Assembly: GCA_964016885.1 (NCBI GenBank)
Contig: OZ024751.1
Location: 17,360,001 to 17,424,000 of the forward strand
DNA length: 64,000 nucleotides
Source of the DNA: Eledone cirrhosa
Taxonomy: Eukaryota
Direction: 5' to 3'
This document shows positions 41,956 through 55,857 of this stretch, in pieces. The translations under genes were made by a program, and so were the position numbers. The notes under the pieces are model-generated. The model was not told the DNA's origin. It worked only from the letters and a program-made list of their open reading frames with translations, and made no database searches. The number at the start of each line of letters is the position of its first letter. Position 1 is the stretch's first letter.

Positions 41956-42672
41956 ATTAGAAAATAGAAGCTTTCATCATATTTTTTACTGAAGAAATTT
42001 TAGCCTGATAGTGAGGTTTAGAACTCTCAGAGAAATGGAAAAAGATGAGTATCGACGTACATGGGAGTCGAACCCACATTTTTGGTTATCCAGACCATTG
42101 TGCTACCATTACACCAACGCATCGCCCATCTCCTTCAATTCAAATTAGAAGCTACATTCTTAGCAAGTATGATGACAAGTAAGTACGTTTTGAAACAGTG
42201 AGCAAGTTTGAAATTAGAAAATAGAGGCTTTCACCGTATTTTTGACTGAATAAATTTTAGCCTGATAGTGGGGTTTAGAACCCTCAGAGAAATGGAAAAA
42301 GATGAGTATTGACGTACATGGGAGTGGAACCCAGATCTTTAGTTATCCAGACGACTGTGTTACCATTACACCAACACATCACCCATCTCCTTCCATTCAA
42401 ATTAGAAGTTACATTCTTAGCAAGTATGATGACAAGTAAGTATGTTTTGAAACAGTGAGCAAGTTTGAAATTAGAAAATAGAAGCTTTCACCGTATTTTT
42501 TGACTGAAGAAATTTTAGTCTGATAGCGGGGTTTAGAACCCTCAGAGAAATGGAAAAAGATGAGTATTGACGTACATGAGAGTCGAACCCACATCTTTGG
42601 TTATCCAGACCACTGTGTTACCATTACATCAACACATCATCCATCTTCTTCCATTCAAATTTGAATGTAGCT
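41956..42672 (-). repeat. ~2.8 tandem copies of a 257-bp unit carrying a tRNA-like module
   Basis: Unit starts (ATTAGAAAATAGA) at 41956, 42213 and 42470. Confidence 0.9.
42053..42123 (-). pseudogene. tRNA-like sequence (apparent anticodon GGA), with further copies at 42310-42380 and 42568-42638
   Basis: GATGCGT-TG-GTGTAATGGTAGCAC-A-ATGGT(CTGGATA)ACCAA-AAAT-GTGGG(TTCGACT)CCCAT-GTACGTC-G. Has A and B boxes, a cloverleaf-compatible fold with a weak acceptor stem, and a downstream TTTTT. Confidence 0.65.
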
Positions 42673-42849
42673 CATTACGCCCCCTTTTTTCATTCTTTTC
42701 ACTTCATAAACCCTGTTTGCAAATAACATTATTCTTTCTGCACCATTTCTTTAACATGTCCAACACCACTATTCTACACCAATACATATTATTATCATTT
42801 GATAATTCATAAAAATGATGAAACCGATATAAATATCTATATCTATATA

Positions 42850-42885
<36 letters not shown>

Positions 42886-43098
42886 GGAGGAAGTGTGGTA
42901 AGGAACCGGGTGGCCCATAACGCACCAGTGTTCTCGATACTTTGGGACTTTGGGTAGTAGAGTGGGTAATAGGAAAAGGTTCAGGGCCCCGACGGCAGAG
43001 CTCAAGCCGTTTCTAAGGTTATTTGTGTAGTCCAGAAATAGCCGTCGAAATGGCTTGAGCTCTGCCGTCGGGATCCTGAACCTTTTCCTATATAAATG

Positions 43099-43134
<36 letters not shown>

Positions 43135-43143
43135 TTTATTATG

Positions 43144-43313
43144 TAATAAAGAACATAAGATAATTATTTCATTTACCAGGGGTTTCTTGAAGATATATGT
43201 ATCTATCTTCAGTCGTCAGGTTCTGACGATAGATACCTGACGACTAAAGATAGATACATCTATCTTCAAGAAACCACTGGTAAATGAAATAATTATCTTA
43301 TGTTGTTTATTAA
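43144..43313. mobile_element. Fold-back element with two head-to-head hammerhead cores
   Basis: Arms 43144-43220 / 43236-43313. Plus strand 43237-43282 reads CTGACGA-CTAAAGATAGAT(AC)ATCTATCTTCAA-GAAA-CC(ACT)GG-TA. Stem I 5' strand is absent. A degenerate relative is at 37150-37240. Confidence 0.7.
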
Positions 43314-43897
43314 ATAACTAATAACCTCTGTTGCCTACATAGAGCACACTTTTTCCTGTACTTTTCCGACGGGAATACTTCATTTACACACACACATATA
43401 TATATAAAAGATAAAATGAATTCTAGATTTACTTACGTCTGTCTGTATTCTGGGCTTACATCTTTTGGATTTCGTAATAAATAAAGAACACAGCCATAGA
43501 TAGTGGTTCAAGAAATTTCCATTACGCATTATTTTAGGAATATAGGGTCCACTAAATTTAGATTACCTTGGTACCCACTATAGCACAAAGGAATTCCATC
43601 TCTTCTTCTCACTTAAGTTTTGGAAATCATAATTCTGTGAAATTGGTTTTACAACTTCTCTTTCCTATATTTTTACCCATGTGGTATATAAAAAACTTTA
43701 TATATATATATATGTGTGTGTGTGTGCGCGCGTGTGTGTGTGTGCGTGTGTGTGTGTGTGTATAAAGTTGCCTCCTCTGATTTGTTTGTTTCATTTATTA
43801 ACAACTCTCTCTCTTTTTCCCTCTCTCCCTCTCTAGGTGTGTGTGTGTGCATATATTCATATATATATATATATGTGTGTGTGTGTGCGTATATGAA

Positions 43898-43978
<81 letters not shown>

Positions 43979-44089
43979 AATTATGTATGTACGTATCTGT
44001 GTCGCTCACGTGATTATTACAACATCTCTTCATAATGTATCACTACACTAAACAATATACTCTTTAAGCTATATATTGTATTTTAATGA

Positions 44090-44290
44090 TAATCTCTATA
44101 TATAAAAGTGAGGACGTGTGTGTATATGTCTGTACACACATAACTTCTACAGCTTGCAACCGATTTTCTTCAAATTTGGAATAAACGTGCGTTATGTTCC
44201 CAGGGTTCTTTTTCGCCTCATATAATGTTCAGGTTTTTGTCTAATGGAGCCCCTAGATAAATATTGATTGCTTGGTTGCACGAAAACTAC
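44090..44290 (+). mobile_element. Helitron-like non-autonomous fragment
   Basis: Begins ATCTCTATATATAAAA and contains the GCAACCGATTTT...AAATTTGG motif shared with 45490-45700. Confidence 0.45.
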
Positions 44291-44440
44291 ACACACACAT
44301 ATATATATACATACATATACATCTAAAGAGAGTGAGGAAGAGGTAGAGAGAGAGTGAATAGGCCGTTATACAGAGAGAGGTACAAGATATTCAGATAGAT
44401 AGATAGAGAGAGAGCGCAAGAGAGAAAGCGAGATAGAGAG

Positions 44441-44461
44441 AATGGTGACGAACGCTAGTTT

Positions 44462-44555
<94 letters not shown>

Positions 44556-44576
44556 AAATTAGCGTTCGTTACGATT
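44441..44576. repeat. Palindrome centred on (CA)n(TA)n(TG)n
   Basis: AATGGTGACGAACGCTAGTTTAC ... GTAAATTAGCGTTCGTTACGATT. Confidence 0.8.
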
Positions 44577-44646
44577 TTTTCTCTAGAGAGAGAGATCTGC
44601 GCGTTCTTGATTGTTCTCCATTCTGTAGAGAAGGAGAGAGAGGGGG

Positions 44647-44716
<70 letters not shown>

Positions 44717-45439
44717 GGTATGAGAAAAAAGGGAGAGAGGGGTTGTGAAAGAAAGAAAGAAAGACTGAGGGGCATTGGGGAGGGGAGAAATGATAGCAGC
44801 GTTGGATAACTTTAACTTTTATTTATTTATTCTTTACACACTGTTCAACTACCCCCTTTCCTCAACCTTACATCTCTTTCTCTCTCTCTCTCTTTCACAC
44901 AAGACGTACTGTGACTCTGTGTGTGTGTGTTGTGTGTGTCCGGGGAAGTTACAATGTCCACACACACACACACAAACATGCATTCTCTCTCTATATATAT
45001 TATAAGAACAGATTACAGTTTAAGCTGCTTTCGCCCTTAACGGATGTTCTGAAACTACCTAAATAAATCAATCTGTGGACGCAGAAGTAAATATTTCGGG
45101 AACGTTACAACCGAAGGAAAACAGGGAGACGTTACTTTGATTAGTGAAGTCGTTGCCTGGCAATCAACGGAAAAAAGGCGAAGATAATACGTCGTTATGT
45201 GGACGATGAGAACAATTTCATGCAAAGACAAGACCACGTTTATCGTATAAATTGAGTCGTAGACTAATATTCTATTTAGGAAACCGAATGATTCTCAGCT
45301 CCGGAGTTTAAGAATGATGTAAATAAAGTTGTAATATGAAAATGCCAGAGGTTATTAAAATAGTAAAAGTAAATAATATTTAAGATTTAGGCCAGTATAT
45401 ACGTATGCACCGATGATACATACACATACATATGCACAC

Positions 45440-46025
45440 ACAAATACACACACAAACACGCGCGTTTGTGTGTAAACCTTACGCATTTCTACAGTATGCA
45501 ACCGATTTTTACTAAACTTAAAACATAGGTTACTTATGTACTCTGGATGGTCATGGGCCCTTTCATTTTTCCAGATATTGACTATAAGGTCCTCCGGGGG
45601 CAGATAACCCCCTATAACCGTTTCCTGCAATGCAATGCAATAAAACCTCATCATTTCTGGAGTTCGCAACCGATTTTCATCGAACTTGACACATGGGCTA
45701 CGTATGTTCTACAGATGAATTTGAACACTCAGAAGTGGCACACATTGAGTAGGGGACCCCTGGGGGCAGGAATGCAAATTTCGAGGAAATTGGATGGATT
45801 ATCTTTAAGTAAGGCGTCAAAAAAACCAAAAGATGCCTTTAAAATGTGGTTTTTCACCTAATGAGGGGCTTAGGGCAAAAAAAGTGAAACTTTTTTTAGC
45901 CCATTGAACTTCGAGAAATATATGTATCACATGTGTAAAGTTTGAATAAAATCAGTCGGGGACTTCTCGAGTTTTAGTGATTTACAAAGGACAGACAGAC
46001 AGACATCTGTTTTATATAGAGAGAG
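45440..46025. mobile_element. Helitron/Helentron-like (HINE-type) element
   Basis: Homologous to 10460-10760 in reverse. Ends with (GACA)n followed by TTTTATATAGAGA. Confidence 0.6.
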
Positions 46026-46243
46026 AAATATTTATCCTTATCGATCCCTCCTTGGATTTTAGTCTTCAAATATATTATTATTAGTATATATATATATACA
46101 TATATACATATATACATACATACTTGTGTATATCTATATATGTATAACGAAGGAAGTGTGGTAAGGAACCAGATGAACCATAACGCAGTACTCAATACTT
46201 AAGGTAGTAGAGTGGGTATATACATACATAGATACTTGTATAT

Positions 46244-46292
<49 letters not shown>

Positions 46293-46665
46293 CTTGTATG
46301 TGTATATATATATATGTGTGTGTGGGCATATTTGTATATATATATGTATATATACACACACTAACACGAAATAAAATATCCGATACAATATAATACAATA
46401 TCCTTCTTTTCTATGTTATTACATATTTTAGTCCAAATAGCTTCAAACCAGTCCTCGTTCGTTAGTTGTCCTAGAATTAACATTTTCTATTTCTATCGCA
46501 CGACAAAACGTATATTAAGTCCAAGTAGAAAGCAAAAAAAAGAAGAAGAAAGGAAATCCGTTTTGGAAACGCTCGCAGATATATCGCCCCAGTCTTCTAG
46601 ACAGATCTAGTAGCATTCTTATGAATTCTCCAAAATTTTCTAGATCTAAGATATTTTAAAAGTAT

Positions 46666-46845
46666 TTGGCAGTATCGGTAGAGGGTCGGGCGCCATGCTT
46701 TCCAGCATAGTTACGTCCCTTTACGATCTGAGTTCAAATCCCGCCGAAGTTGACTTTGCCTTGCATCCTTACGGGGTCGATAAAATAAAGTACCAGTAAT
46801 GCACTGGTTGATTGCTGGCCTTGTGCCTAAAGAAGAAACAATTAT
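46666..46845 (+). mobile_element. SINE
   Basis: Matches the SINE consensus. Confidence 0.88.
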
Positions 46846-46949
46846 TTTATTATATTATGTTTTTATATCAATATCATTTATTATATGTTCCTTTCTACCT
46901 GAGGCATGTGATATACAAATGAGATCAAAAATATATTTAAATAAAACCG

Positions 46950-47023
46950 ACATGAATGGCATATATATATATATATGAATGGCATATATATATATATGAA
47001 TATATATATATATATATATGAAT

Positions 47024-47061
<38 letters not shown>

Positions 47062-47121
47062 TGTCATATATATATATATGAATGGCATATATATATATAT
47101 ATATGTATACATATGAATGGC

Positions 47122-47180
<59 letters not shown>

Positions 47181-47187
47181 TGGCATG

Positions 47188-47222
<35 letters not shown>
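46950..47222. repeat. (TA)n array punctuated by GAATGGC
   Basis: About 8 recurrences of ATGAATGGC(AT)n. Confidence 0.85.
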
Positions 47223-47224
<2 letters not shown>

Positions 47225-47642
47225 CGTTTTTGTATTTCTTTTGCAAGATGACTTATCTAAAAGCGTGTGTTAAAAAAAATGCTGTTATACTTTGAGATAG
47301 TCATGCTGCCAATGAAAAAATTCACACCTGTTGAATTTCATTTCAATTTGTTACTGACTCCCAGTTGGTTGGGTTAATAACCGGTTTGTTGTTTATTTAT
47401 TATCAAAGTTCTTTTGTCACACGTTCTGTGATCTTCTCAGTGATGGATTTGTTAATTCATATCTCTCCTTTGTTCTGTATTACACCATCTTGTTGACACA
47501 ACACAGACAAAAAAAAAAACACACACAAAAAAAAACACTATAGAAGAAACCAGCCAACTGGAAATTCGTAATAAATTGTAGAGAAATCCAGCAGTTGGAT
47601 TGTTTTTTTCGTCAGCTTGACACTCTGACGCTCCCAAAGTAT

Positions 47643-47730
<88 letters not shown>

Positions 47731-48045
47731 GATAACAAGTTATCGTTATAGGTAATTCAGTTAGAGGTAATCCAGTTAGAGTACTCTGCGGCGTCGTGGA
47801 TAATTTTAAAGTACGGCTTTGTTTGACTCAACAAGATATTTCCATAATTATGCATCGAGTTCGGTAATTTCTATGCAGGTTACACTTGGCGTAATAAAAG
47901 TTAAAGAAAGAATAGTAACATGGTTAGCTGTACAATAAGGGCTTTATTTAAAGTACTGACAATTCTTTCGTTGATCAGGTGTGTCTAGAGTTCGCTAATC
48001 GCTTGAGGTTGCCTCAATCGATCTCCAATACCTTGTTTACTACTG

Positions 48046-48084
<39 letters not shown>

Positions 48085-48275
48085 AAAAAGTATGATCCCG
48101 ACGGCAGAGCTCAAGCCGTTTCGACGGCTATTTCTTGTACTTTGGTGCTTTATGGTCTATCTGGTTCCTTATCACATTTCCTTCGTATATATAAGGTAAA
48201 CAGATATAACAATACACTCGGTACAGTATATGGAAGGTATATGTTAGGTTAACGCTTGAAATAGCAGAAAGAGGG

Positions 48276-48311
48276 TCTTTATGTTTCGGACGCTAGTTCT
48301 TCGTCAGAAGA
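48276..48311 (-). ncRNA. Degenerate minimal hammerhead motif
   Basis: Minus strand TCTT-CTGACGA-AGAAC(TAGC)GTCC-GAAAC-ATA-AAGA. Confidence 0.5.
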
Positions 48312-48324
48312 AAGAATGAAAAAT

Positions 48325-48398
<74 letters not shown>

Positions 48399-49021
48399 GT
48401 TATAGGAAATCCATAAACTTGAACTTGTAGAGTCTTGTTTTGCAGTTCACAATTAATATCGCAAGCATGCATCCAATTATTACACCAGTTATAATAAATA
48501 CTGGTTTATTATGAATAGATACAGTCGATAGAATTCCGTTCCGGCAACCTCTCAGTGCACAGCTGCCAATTTCCATCTCTTCTTGTAAATTCTGATTCGG
48601 GAGTTACATTATTCCAATACTGCTAGGCAGCATGTTTGAACAATGTGGTATACTTCTTCATTTAGTATTCTGTTCACATTTGAGTAGAAAATAATGTGTA
48701 TTATGGCGTGATAAATATATCTTGTTTTAGTGCTGGCATTTATTGATTATATCTAGTTTAATGGTTAAGTACTTTGCGTATTTTACATAGGATCTAAAAG
48801 CACTGAAGCAGTGTACAATTTATGTATATATGTATATTTGTGGTATTCATATATTGTGCACTTAGTTCTTCATATAATAATCGGGTGTTGAACTTGTCTT
48901 CATAGACTCCTTTGTGTAATGTTGCGTATCTGATATAATAGTGACATTTCTTTTGTGTTCCTTTTCGTAGATAGATCAGTGACTTATGTAAAGTGTCATG
49001 TAGCTATCAACACACACACAG

Positions 49022-50740
<1,719 letters not shown>

Positions 50741-51177
50741 TATATATATATATATATATACATACAGTTTCCCCCCGCCCCAAACGTATACGCAGCTTGA
50801 TTGATTGTACAGACTATTTATTAGACGTCAGATGCAATAGAACATAACTTCAATTAAATGCCTCACCCGATCTAAGTGAAATAGCATAGATTAGTAAATA
50901 TATATGTAATTATCTGGAAAGACATAAACAGCCACTATGATAATATAGCAAGCCCTAGTCAGTTTACATATGTAATTGTAATAATATATATACACATATA
51001 TATATACACGCATATACATACACATATACATGTATATATATACACACATATATATATATATACATATATACATACATATATATATGTGTGTGTGTATATA
51101 TATATATAAATATATATATATACATATAAATACACATATATATATATATTTTTTTATTTTTTTTATTTTATAGAAGG

Positions 51178-51228
51178 AGCTTCTACAGGACTAGTACTGT
51201 TTCATTCAGATGAAATCTTCAGGAAGCT
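51178..51228 (-). ncRNA. Type I hammerhead ribozyme
   Basis: Minus strand AGCTTC-CTGAAGA-TTTCA(TC)TGAAT-GAAA-CAG(TACTAGTC)CTG-TA-GAAGCT. Same family as 973-1025. Confidence 0.8.
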
Positions 51229-51402
51229 GGGTGTCATATTAAGTTCTGGTATTTATACATTTAGGTAGAAGCTCCTTCTATAAAATAAAAAAAATGTTAC
51301 TCTGCCATGTATTGAGTACCTTACTTACTGTGGTTATCCCCGACTCAACCCGGGACCTACGTATATATATATATAAATTCAAAGGGGTATATATATATAT
51401 AT

Positions 51403-52023
51403 AATTAGACATAGTCACAGATACATATATGAGTTTGGCTACCTTTCACGGTGTGGCTCGATGAAGAATTAATTAAGCAAATAATCATTAATCAGACCTA
51501 TATATATAATTGCAAGTCTGAAGAACTACGAGATAAGATATATACAGTATTTCCTCTCATAGTCCGTATAAATTAACCACATAAAAAATCATTTAAACGA
51601 GGCCATAAGTTTAAAATGTAATTATGAAGAAATAATAGACAAATGATATAGACTATCTACAGACAAAATATTGTGTACCTAACTCCGTGTAGTTAATGAT
51701 CTGTCTAGTCAATTTCCACGGGCTAAAAGAAATAATTAGATACATATCATATGGCTGTGCATCGCGGAAAATAGTATGTATCATTTATCTATTATTTCTT
51801 CAAAATTACATTTTAAAATTATGGCCTCGTTTAAATGATTTTTTATGTGGTTAATTTATACGGACTAGGAGAGGAAATATTGTATATATCTTATCTCATA
51901 GTTCTTCAGACTTGCAATTTTATATATAGGTCTGATTGATGATTATTTGCTTAATTAATTCTTAATCGAGCCACACCGTGAAAGGTAGCCAAGCTCATAC
52001 ATGTATGTGTGACTATGTCTAAT
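51403..52023. mobile_element. Fold-back element with ~240-bp inverted arms in (TA)n
   Basis: 51403-51645 is the reverse complement of 51783-52023. Each arm has a CTGAAGA-hairpin but no canonical GAAA. Confidence 0.75.
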
Positions 52024-52034
52024 GATATATATAT

Positions 52035-52342
<308 letters not shown>

Positions 52343-52593
52343 GTAGGAGGTGAGTTTTATTGTAGTACAATAAAGCAATGCAGATATCGGATAAGAAGCA
52401 CTCTACAGTTTGTAGGACAGGAGTATGCATAATATAAGATCAAAAGATGGTTAAAGGAGTTCCATATATTTTATTATGCGCATTTCAAAAACAAATGAAG
52501 CGGGAGAACATGATATGAAGGCTGAGGAACACTTGTGGATGGTGCAGTTTTAAATCAACATAGCCTTCTTAGCCTTCATATCATGTTCTCCTG

Positions 52594-52660
52594 TTTTATC
52601 TGATGAAAACACAAATATTATTGCATGATGATGTTTGTTTTTGAAATGCGCATAATAAAA
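52594..52660 (+). ncRNA. Type I hammerhead ribozyme with palindromic stem III
   Basis: TTTTAT-CTGATGA-AAACA..TGTTTT-GAAA-TGCGCA-TA-ATAAAA. It lies in the fold-back element 52430-52700. Confidence 0.8.
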
Positions 52661-52692
52661 TACATGGAACTCCTTTAACCATCTTTTGATCT

Positions 52693-52748
<56 letters not shown>

Positions 52749-53292
52749 TTGAAGCTTTTATAGTGACCAAAGGCACTACACAAAGCCAGTCCACTCTCTT
52801 AACCAAGATGATATTTACCAAATAGAAGAACAAGTCAACATCATTGGATACCATCAGAGTTGCAGGTGTTATATCAGAGTTTTCCTTCTCCTAGAATTCT
52901 GCCTTGACAAAGGCTAAGGGGTCATCTCTCCCGGTGATTTTGGATAGCCATTGACTCTTATGAGCTCCTTTGCCCTTTGACAGGTTTTGTTTTTAGTCCT
53001 GCAGGATGTCCAAAGTCACCCTCCTCATCAAGAAACCTAGATGGGGTTGCCAGTTTAGTCGCCAACGACCCGACCCGGCACACGCATTGCTTTATATCTG
53101 GAGATTTCTCTGCACTTGTCACATGGGACCAGCACTATGTGTCAATAACTGTCACAGGTGTAGTGTTTGTACCAGAGTTTTCAAGTCACTGGCTGGACTA
53201 AAAAGTCACACTCGTTCAGCGCATCGGTAGGGGTTCTCCTACATGGATATAAAGTAGTGGCCGTACTCAAAAACGAGTTGGCAGCCACCATG
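52749..53292 (+). mobile_element. Non-autonomous or internally deleted RTE-like element in (TATG)n
   Basis: Ends with a C2H2 finger CSVCTRVFKSLAGLKSHTRSAH*, then a 3' UTR ...GCAGCCACCATG(TATG)n resembling the end of the neighbouring RTE. Confidence 0.6.
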
Positions 53293-53316
53293 TATGTATG
53301 TACGTATGTATGTATG

Positions 53317-54566
53317 ATATGCAGCACATTTTGAATGCATTTTCTGACGCTTGTACTGCCCTACGTTTGACTGTCAGTCTCAAGAAAACCGTCGTCATGT
53401 ACCAACATGCCCCTGGTAAGCAGTACAGTGAACCAAATATCTATGTGTATGGTAAACGACTTGGAGTGGTTGATCAGTTTGTCTACCTGGGAAGCACTGT
53501 CAATCGATACACCAACCTTGATAGTGAAATCTCACTTAGGATTAGGAAAGCAAGTGATGCTTTCGGAAAGCTAGAAAGGCGACTCTGGGGTCGGCGAAAC
53601 ATATGCAAGAAGACAAAGGTAAAGGTGTACAAGGCATGTGTGTTCTCTTCTCTACTTTATGCCTGCGAGACCTGTGTCACATATCGACACCACCTTAAGC
53701 AATTGGAGCGTTTCCCTCAGATGTGTCTCAGACGGATCCATGGCGTTCACTGGAGGGACCACATCAGTGATATCGAGATTTTGGAAAGCTCTATGTGTGA
53801 CAGTATAGAAGCTCTTGTGCTTAAGCAACGTCTCCGTTGGAGTGATCACCTTGCCAGGATGAAGGATTCTAGAATACCAAAACAACTCTTTTATGGAGAG
53901 TTAGTTAAAGGAAAAAGACCGCCACATAAACCAAAAAAGAGGTATAAGGATTCCTTGAAAGCCTCTTTGAAAGGCGCTAACATCTCTGCAGATACATGGG
54001 AAAATATTGCTGCTGATCGTAATAAATGGAGAAAGACTGTATATGAGGGAAAAGTTGCCTTTGAGGCATCTCGAATCGCATACGAGAAAGTAAAGCGGGA
54101 TGTGAGGAAGGGCATTGCTGTTGCACTTCCAGACGGAGAGGCTCCTCCTATGGTTCTGACATGCAGCGTCTGTGCGAGACGCTGCCTAAGCGAAGCTGGA
54201 CTCGAAAGTCATCTTCGCAGTCATAAAGTAAGACCAGTGGTTGACTACCAGGCTGCTGTTGGAGATGCTACTCGTAGAGAATGTAAATCAGCAGGAGGGC
54301 TCAAACGACATGCAAAAGTACATGAACTCCAACCACAGCCGGCTATTCCCAGTGAATGTTTTGGTTGCCGACTCTGTGCAAGACATTTTAGATCATTGGC
54401 TGGTGTAAAAAGCCACATTCGATCGCAGCGCTGTTAGTTGCTATCGTGTGTGTGTGTGTATAGATATGTTTGTGTGTGTGCGTGTGTGTATATATATATA
54501 TATAGATATATATATGTATATTATTATTGTTGTTGTTGTTGTTGTTGTTGTTAATATATATGTATG

Positions 54567-54597
<31 letters not shown>

Positions 54598-54670
54598 GTG
54601 TGTGTATATATTTTTTTTCTCGTGCAATGGTCATACTCTATAGCGAGGGGGTAGCCATCATGTATGTATG
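53317..54670 (+). mobile_element. 5'-truncated RTE-clade LINE (RT C-terminus/thumb plus C2H2 zinc fingers)
   Basis: ORF 53298-54437: KKTVVM...FVYLGS...EISLRIRKASDAFGKL...TKVKVYKACV...LLYACET...CLRRI...RLRWSDHLARM...PKQLFYGEL...KRYKD, plus CSVC..H..H and CRLC..H fingers. The 3' UTR is split by a microsatellite and ends GTAGCCATCATG(TATG)n. Confidence 0.92.
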
Positions 54671-55165
54671 TATGTATGTAAATATGTATACATATGTGTG
54701 TACATATATACACGTATATATGTATGTGTGTATATGCGTGTATATATATGTGTATATATATATTATTACAATTACATATGTAAACTGACTAGAGCTTGCT
54801 ATATTATCATAGTGGCTGTTTATGTCTTTCCAGATAATTACATATATATTTACTAATCTATGCTATTTCACTTAGATCGGGTGGGGCATTTAATTGAAAT
54901 TATGTTCTATTGCATCTGACGTCTTATATATGATGTGTTAGTTGGAGATAACATCGAATCATGTTTAAACATTAGGTTCTCGCATATTAAATAAAGATAT
55001 TTAGTTATTTTATATTTGACTATTGATATTAATAGGTGTGTGTGAATGTATTGCTTGTCTATTGTTTTTCGTGTTATCACCAGACGAGATTATGTTGTAC
55101 ATTTTTTATATATTTCGCAGACTTCAGTAGATTTATTAGATAATGGAAACATTTAACACGACAAC

Positions 55166-55387
55166 AAATACTGCAAAACATTTTGTCCGACACTCTACCG
55201 ATTCCGCCAGTGCACAACCTTAAAATAATTGTTTCTACTTTTGGTACAAGGTCAGCAATTATCCCAGTGCAGTACCAGTAATGCACTGAGATTATTACTG
55301 GCCTTGTGCCGAAAGTAGAAACAATTATTTTAAGGTTGTGCACTGGCGGAATCGGTAGAGTGTCGGACAAAATGTTTTGCAGTATTT
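55166..55387. repeat. ~105-bp-arm hairpin built from SINE head and tail pieces
   Basis: 55166-55271 / 55281-55387 reverse-complement pair with a ~10-nt loop. The right arm continues into a SINE (55345-55525). Confidence 0.85.
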
Positions 55388-55664
55388 AGTTATGGCTCTT
55401 TACGTTCAGAGTTGAAATCCCGCTATGGTTAACTTTGCCTTCCATCCTTAATGTTTCGATGAAATAAAGTACCAGTAACACCCTTCAAATTGCTGGCCTT
55501 GTACCAAATGTAGAAACAATTATTTTAATTGTTTTGGATGTAGGAATTCTGTTTATGTGGGAGAATCGAGCGGCGTTTAGAAAACTTTTATTTTGCTTTC
55601 AAATGATTCGGAGTGTTCAAGATCTTTAAAGCATATTGGCCAATAATATATTCTTATGCCAAAC

Positions 55665-55857
55665 ATAATTGTTTCTACTCTTTTGGCACAAGGCCAGCAA
55701 AAACACCAGTGCATTACTGGTACTTTATTTTATCGACCCCGTAAGGATGAAAGGCAAAGTTAACCTCGGCGGGATTTGAACTCAGAATGGCAAGGGCCGT
55801 AACTCTATGCGTCAAAGCATGGCGTCCGACCCTATACCGATACTGCCACTCCACCGC
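55665..55857 (-). mobile_element. SINE with TSD GCCAAACATAAT
   Basis: Matches the SINE consensus. Confidence 0.9.

Noticed and set aside
42053-42638. Functional tRNA-Ser(GGA) genes
   Set aside because: Poor acceptor stems, T at position 37, short variable arm, copy-specific B-box mutations, and location in a repeat unit. Retained only as tRNA-like.
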